From assembly GCF_009914755.1 (NCBI RefSeq), contig NC_060943.1: a stretch of DNA of 64,000 nucleotides; one strand, written 5' to 3'. Below are positions 55,612 to 64,000 of this stretch, piece after piece (positions within the stretch are counted from its first letter, which is position 1; each line of letters opens with the position of its first letter). The position numbers and the translations under genes were made by a program. The notes under the pieces are model-generated. The model ran no database searches. It was not told the origin of the DNA and worked only from the letters and a program-made list of their open reading frames with translations. The DNA comes from the human T2T-CHM13v2.0 reference genome, Homo sapiens.

Positions 55612-56199
55612 TGACTGCTCTTTCAGGAATGACCACTAATGGGGCCCCAACATGCACAAGATAAAATCTCACCACCAGCCCCCACCACCAGACCTACAGG
55701 ACAAGGCCAACACCTAGCATCAGTCCCAGCTTCATTCTACATAGAAAGGCAAAGTGAAAACTCCTAGCCCAGACCATTTTAAGGAGGGCCCAAATCCGAT
55801 ACTCCTGCTCCTAAATGCCAAAGACTTATAGAAACTGCCATCTTCGGTTGGCTAAATCTGGAACACAAGTTTGTTCGGCCTCAGCAATGGAACACAGAGC
55901 AGCAAGCAGCAGCAGCTCAAAGAGCATGCTGGCCACCAGGTAGCAGAGCAGGTTAGCACCTGAGAGAAAGGGAAAGCTGACCCATTGCATGGTGACCAAC
56001 ATCTAGACATCCTGCTGACAGTGCCAACTGTTACGGTTGCCTGAAAAGGTGTGCTTCAGAGGTTGACACCGAGAGCTATGTGGTGCACACACACACCGAG
56101 AGTATGAAAAGGCTTATTACAAAAATGAGGTATCAGAGAGAACAATGCAGGGCTCTCAAGCAAGTGTGACATGGCGTGAGAGCAAGGAAGATGGCATTC

Positions 56200-56630
56200 C
56201 TGTCCCTTATGAGTACTGATGCAAAAATCTTGAAATAAATGCCAGCAAAGCATATAAAGCAATATATTCAAAGCATTATGCAATATAACCAAGTGAGATT
56301 TGTCCCTGGAATGTAAGGATGGTTCACCATATGGAAATTGATCAGTGGAATACACCACATTAGGAAATGACGGAAAAATGACAGTCTCAATTGATGCAAA
56401 AAAGCATGACATAATTCAACACCCATTTATGATTAAAAATCTGCAACAAACAAGGAATATAATTTACTCAAATTGCTACAAGGCATATATGAAAAACTCA
56501 ATAAAATCTTTGATGGTGAAAAACCATATTTTTAATATCTAATATCAGAAACAAGGATATTTGCTCTCACCAGCTCCATTCAGTGTTAAGGGGGGTGCTC
56601 CCAGGGAAATCAGGCAAGAAAATGCAAGCA
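56200..56630 (+). mobile_element. Old L1 ORF2 fragment
   Basis: gatgcaaaaatc...ccaagtgagatttgtccctggaatgtaaggatggttca...aattcaacacccatttatgattaaaa. Confidence 0.75.
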
Positions 56631-56653
56631 TTCCAGCCGGGCCTGGTGGCTCA

Positions 56654-57033
<380 letters not shown>

Positions 57034-57036
57034 TCA

Positions 57037-57263
<227 letters not shown>

Positions 57264-57916
57264 TTAAAAATATATATAAATATATATACACACAGCCCTC
57301 TAGACAAATATACAAAAATCACACACGTTATCACTGTACATACAGGTGGACAGACACAAATTCACAAACCCACAGGTGTAACAGCCCAGATACTAAAAGA
57401 TTCTCCCAAATAGAAGGACCCCAGGTGTTCTGATCTCTTCTCCAGGTTTCTCTGGCTCCTCGGGAATAACCACCACAGTGCCTTATATATCCTTGCTTGC
57501 TTTCGTGTCTTCCAGAATGCCAGGATCAAGGGGACAGAGATATTAGCACAGCTTTGTTGACTACACCTATTAGAGGGAGTTACACAGAGGAAAATACTTA
57601 CTGAATATTAGGACTCACACAGACACATACACAAAAGGGTTTTACAAAAACATCATCATAGACCCACATATACTTGTCCTTCAAAAAGTGAATGTTCTCA
57701 CTCCCATTCCTGTAGCAGAGATACCCCTTAGTTCCCCAATACCTATCACAAAAGATGGCTCCTTGAGCCCATTCTGACAGTGAAGGAATCTCGAACTTCC
57801 TGACCTCCCACAGTACAATAATCATCTCTCTACAAAAGCACAACATGGCAGCTCAAGAATGTGAAAGGACCTGAAATGGGTTGAGTAATAATGTTCCAAC
57901 CCCTCATACTACCATA

Positions 57917-57960
57917 AATGTTCCTGGTGAGAGAAGCGAATGTTCCTGGTGAGAGAAGCG
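57917..57960. repeat. Perfect 22-bp tandem duplication
   Basis: AATGTTCCTGGTGAGAGAAGCG x2. Confidence 0.92.
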
Positions 57961-59474
57961 AAGGTGTGCATCTCCTGGCTCAGCCACCAGGTCCTCCACT
58001 GCATCTCCACAGTAGCCGTCACTTCCACTGAGGCCTCATCTGCCAGCAAACCTTGCTCCAGTCGGCCTCTGGACCCTAGTATCTTCACCGTGGTTTTGGA
58101 TGCTGCCACCTGACCCATCCCTGCTGTTGGGGGAGGGTGGAGGCCAGAGGCCTAAAGAGTTCCGACCCGAGCGACACAAAGATCACTTCTGGGACCCACC
58201 CAGGGAGACTGTTGTTACGAGGGTGGATGGTGACCTGGTTTCCCTCAATGCTGCCACCTCCCTTCTAAAACACACTGACTTGCTAAGAAAAGGGGGGACT
58301 GACTCCAACAAAGGACAGACCCGACCCCTATCGTGCCTATGCAATTCAGAAAACGGAGAATTCGGAGGCTCCAGCAAGCAGTTTATTGGGAGTTGAGTTC
58401 ACCTTGCCTTGTGATGTGAAGCAAGGTAGTTCCATGGCTTGTGAACCCTGACACCAGCACCTCCCATACACAACAGAGCTGGAGCGCTGCAGGGTGGGTC
58501 CTTTTCCAAGAAGAGCTAAGTGCTAGTCTTAGCGGGAGGCTAGGAAACCAGTCCTGGAGCAGGATGCATGTGACATGCACTGACGTGAGAAGGCCGGAGC
58601 ATCATCAGTGCATATGCCGCTGAATATCTCAGGGTAGAATGTGCCAGAAAACAGGGAAAGCAAGTTAGGGGAGGTAAGAATTCTGAGTGTCCTACAGCTA
58701 AGACATGGCAGAGTGTGTCTGTGACTCCACTAGCAGTTTTGAGATTATTCTGACTGTGGTGGTTGGTGCAGGGCTGGTAACCGCAGGAGAGTGGATGCTG
58801 TGTGGTCAAGGGGTGTGTGTCCCATGATACAGGCTCTGCTTCTTCAGTCTCTCACCTCAGAGCCACCTGCGGTTGCCACAGAGAAATTCAGATGTGAATG
58901 TTTAAACAAGTGTCCAAAGTGTAGGTTTGAGATGGGAAATGGAGCTGGAGATGACCTCAAAACAGCCCTGGAATAATGCAATGCTGACAATGTCTGTGAA
59001 TTAGGATGTGCATAGGCAGATCCCACTTGGGGAAAAACTGTAAGATGCGAACCTTTGTCTTAGAAGTACAGCATTCCCACAGTCTGACCCGAGGACACTG
59101 ATGGAAACTTAAAAGGCAGATTCTGGGAGTCTTCTCACTTCTCTCCAGTCATGTGTGAGAGCTGAGGGCAGGCACTGCCCTAGAGGGTGTTTCCTAACTT
59201 CTGACTGGATGCCACAAAAGGCCTGCTGGGGCCCAAGTCCTTCTTCCCCATTCCTTTAATTCTTCCTACGAAGAATCTCGACAATGGTTGCAGATGTCAT
59301 TGAAGATGTTCCCATATTGCTTACATTTAAGAAGGCGGCTCTCCAGTGTGGGTGGTTTCATGGTTTTAAAATGAACTGGAGGCCGGGCGCGGTGGCTCAC
59401 GCCTATAATCCCAGCACTTTGGGAGGCCGAGGAGGGCGGATCACGAGGTCAGGAGATCAAGACTATCCTGGCTA

Positions 59475-59693
<219 letters not shown>

Positions 59694-60152
59694 TCACGCC
59701 TGTAATCCCAGCACTTTGGGAGGCCAAGGCAGGTGGATTACCTGAGGTCAGGAGTTCAAGACCAGCCTGGCCAACATGGTGAAACCCCGTCTCTACTAAA
59801 AATATAAAAATTAGTTGGGCGTGGTGGCATGTGCCTGTAATGCCAGCTACTAGGGGGCCTGAGGCAGGATTGCTTTGACCTGGGAGGCAGAGGTTGCGCC
59901 ACTTTCACTCCAGCCTAGGCAACAGAGTAAGACTCCAGCTCAAAAAAAAAAAAAAAAAAAAGTAAAACGAACAATTTGGGAGGCCAAGGTGGGTGGATCA
60001 TTTGAGGTCAAGAGTTTAAGATCAGCCTGGTCAACATGGTGAAACACTGTCTCTACTAAAAATATAAAAATTAGCTGGGCATGGTGGTGGGCACTTGTAA
60101 TCCCAGCTACTTGGAAGGCTGAGGCAGAAGAATTGCTTGAACCCAGAGGTTA

Positions 60153-60575
<423 letters not shown>

Positions 60576-60893
60576 TTATAGTTTCTCTCCAGTATATATT
60601 CTCAGGTGTCTTTAAAAGATTACGTGAAGTGAAGGCTTTCCTACACTCCATACATTCGTAGCTTTTCTGTCCATGGAGTCCATTCACATATCTGCAATCC
60701 CGCAGGAGAGTGCAAGTTCCTCCCCCATTTGTTAAATATTTCATTGCCGCATGAGTCACGTCTTCAAAGGGAATTAGGATAACTGAAGGCTTAATCACAC
60801 CGTTTACATTCCTTGAATTTCTCTCCAGCGTAAGTACTCTCATACATCCAAAAGGAACTAATACAACTGACAGCATTACCACACTTTACTTTC

Positions 60894-62133
60894 TTAGGGC
60901 TTCTGTCTACTATGAGTCCTTTCGTGCACGTGCAAAGACTTTGAGTAACTGAAGGCTTTACCACATTGTCTACACTGAAAGGGTCTTTCTCCAGTATGAA
61001 TTCTTTTGTGTACTTTCAGGGAATTTAAACAAGTGAAAGCTTTGCCACACTGCTTACACTCACATGGTTTCACTCCAGTGTGACTTCTTTCGTGCCTTCG
61101 AAGGTGACTGAAGTAAATGAAGACCCGACCACACTGTTTGCATTCATAGGGTTTCTCTCTAGTATGGGTTCTTTCATGGATTCGAAAGTGAGTGGAATAA
61201 AGAAAGGCTTTACCACATTCTTTACATTCGTAAGTTTTCTCGCCAGTGTGAACTCTTTCGTGCAACTGAAGGTAACTTGAAGAATTGAAGGCTTTACCAC
61301 ATTGTTTACATTCATAGGGTTTTTCTCCAAAATGAGTTCTTTCGTGCACTTCACAGGAACTAGATGACTTGAAGGCTTCCCCACATTTCTTACATGTATA
61401 AGGTTGAACTCCGGTGTGGGTTTTCACGTGTTTTCGAAGGCTTGAGTGAGAAAAGAAGGCTCTCCCACATTCCCTACATACAAAAGGTTTCTCTCCAGTA
61501 TGAGTTTTCTCATGACTCCGTAAGTACGTGGGACAACTGAAGGCTTTCCCACATTGCTTACATTCATAAGGTTTCTCTCCAGTGTGAGTCCTTTCATGGG
61601 TTAGAAAAGGCTGGTAATATATAAAGGCTTTTCCACACTGTTTACATTTGTAGGGTTTCTCTCCAGTGTGATTTTTTTCATGGCGCCGAAGAGCAGTGAG
61701 ATATCTGAATGCCTTCCCACATTCCTTACATTCATAGGGTGTCTCTCCAGTATGAATTCTTATATGGTTTCGAAAGGAAAAGAGAAATGCGAAGGCTTTG
61801 CCACATTCCTTACATTCATAGGGTTTCTCTCCAGTGTGAATTCTTTCATGGGTTCGAATACTGGAGCTGCGAGTGAAGGTTTTCCCACATTCTTTGCATT
61901 TATGTGGCTTCTCTCCATATTCGTGACACTCATTTGGTTTCTGTTCAGTGTGAGATCTCATGTGCCTATTAAGGGAGACCTGATGCATGAAGACTTCCCC
62001 ACACACACTGCAGTCACATGGTTTTAATCCAGTAGGAGTTTCCAGGTTCGTATTAAGATCAGGAATCTGGCTAGTGCTTTTTCCACATGGACAATCTTCT
62101 TTATTTTCACAGAGTGCTTCAACCATAGGACTT
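60894..62133 (-). CDS. ZNF490: ZNF490 last coding exon: spacer plus 13 C2H2 fingers
   Basis: ORF 60894..62126; acceptor tttacAG at 62135-62134; TAA at 60896-60894; C-terminus [10 protein letters not shown]. Confidence 0.92.
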
Positions 62134-62352
62134 CTGTAAAGAATGAGTACCGTATTATTAATAGTTTTGTATTAATGATCTTATATTTATTAGCAAGTAC
62201 CAGAATTACATTTTAAATATTTTCACAGAAACTGTATGTTATCTGCCCTGTCTAAATTGTTTTGAAAGCTAATATACTCAATAGTCTAGAACAGGCCGTG
62301 ACCATAGCTATTATCAAAATAGTTAAAAAAAAATTATTATTATTATTTTTGA

Positions 62353-62511
<159 letters not shown>

Positions 62512-62721
62512 TAGTAGAGACGGGGTCTCAAACTCCTGACCTCAGGTGATCCGCTCGCCTCAGCCTCCCAAAGTGCTGGGATTACAGGCGTGAGCCACTG
62601 CGCCCAGCCAGGATTTTTAAATGCTGTTTCATAGTGATTTCTTCTCACACCCTGAACATCTATTGCTTTTTTTTTTTCCTGTAGAGACAGGTTTTCGCTA
62701 TGTTGACCAGGCTGGTGTTGA

Positions 62722-63082
<361 letters not shown>

Positions 63083-63257
63083 TGAGCCACCACGCCTGGC
63101 TGCCCATGACAGTTTCAATGAAACACCTTCAGTAAAAATTTTCTAAGAATGAATAAACCTGAAACTCTGCTTATTGTTTTGCTTGCTTGGCTTTTGAAAT
63201 TTATGAAATACTAAGATTCTCTCAGGGGCTATATAATTATTTGTGAATGCAACTCAC

Positions 63258-63318
63258 CTTAGATTTCTTCCCTGGTTTTTGTGTTCATCTTCAATATCCT
63301 GGTCTTTCCATTTTTCCC
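63258..63318 (-). CDS. ZNF490: ZNF490 KRAB-B-like exon (61 nt: GEKWKDQDIEDEHKNQGRNLR)
   Basis: ttttAG and GTgagt boundaries; paralogous to 8708-8768. Confidence 0.92.
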
Positions 63319-63404
63319 CTAAAATACAAGCCCAGAGAACTCACAATAAATTATTAGAAATTATAGAAAATTATAACACTCTAAGATCCATGATTAGCTA
63401 TTGA

Positions 63405-63683
<279 letters not shown>

Positions 63684-63808
63684 TAATCCGCCCGCCTCAG
63701 CCTCCCAAAGCACTGGGATTACAGGCGCGAGCCACCGTGCCTGGCCCCTTCCCCCATTTTAAACCTTGGAACTCAGTTGTTGTGCAAGAAACACCTGTTC
63801 CCTCCTTA

Positions 63809-63964
<156 letters not shown>

Positions 63965-64000
63965 CTAAAACATCCCCCATGTGTGTTTAGGAGGAGGAGA

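Overview
Primate, almost certainly human, DNA from the Alu-dense KRAB zinc-finger cluster at 19p13.2. Gene names were recognised from protein sequence and memory, not by database search. The minus strand carries the complete ZNF564 gene (4 coding exons, 1662-nt CDS, 553 aa, 15 C2H2 fingers, CpG-island promoter near 31.9 kb) and the last three coding exons plus 3' UTR of ZNF490 (13 fingers). Between them on the + strand lie two adjacent retrocopies. One is a disabled PGK1 processed pseudogene (PGK1P2). The other, invisible in the ORF track, is a partial copy of the lncRNA NORAD that keeps a CpG-rich 5' end, NORAD repeat units, hairpins and several intact Pumilio elements. Other notable items are a solo LTR7 (HERV-H), an MLT2A LTR, an L1PA 3' fragment nested in an AluY with a possible short 3' transduction, fossil zinc fingers in both 3' UTRs, a local inversion revealed by an inverted TSD, and a possible V2R pseudogene relic. 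Nearly all other ORFs in the track are Alu or GC-rich artefacts. I found no demonstrably new biological system; the NORAD retrocopy locus is the best lead.
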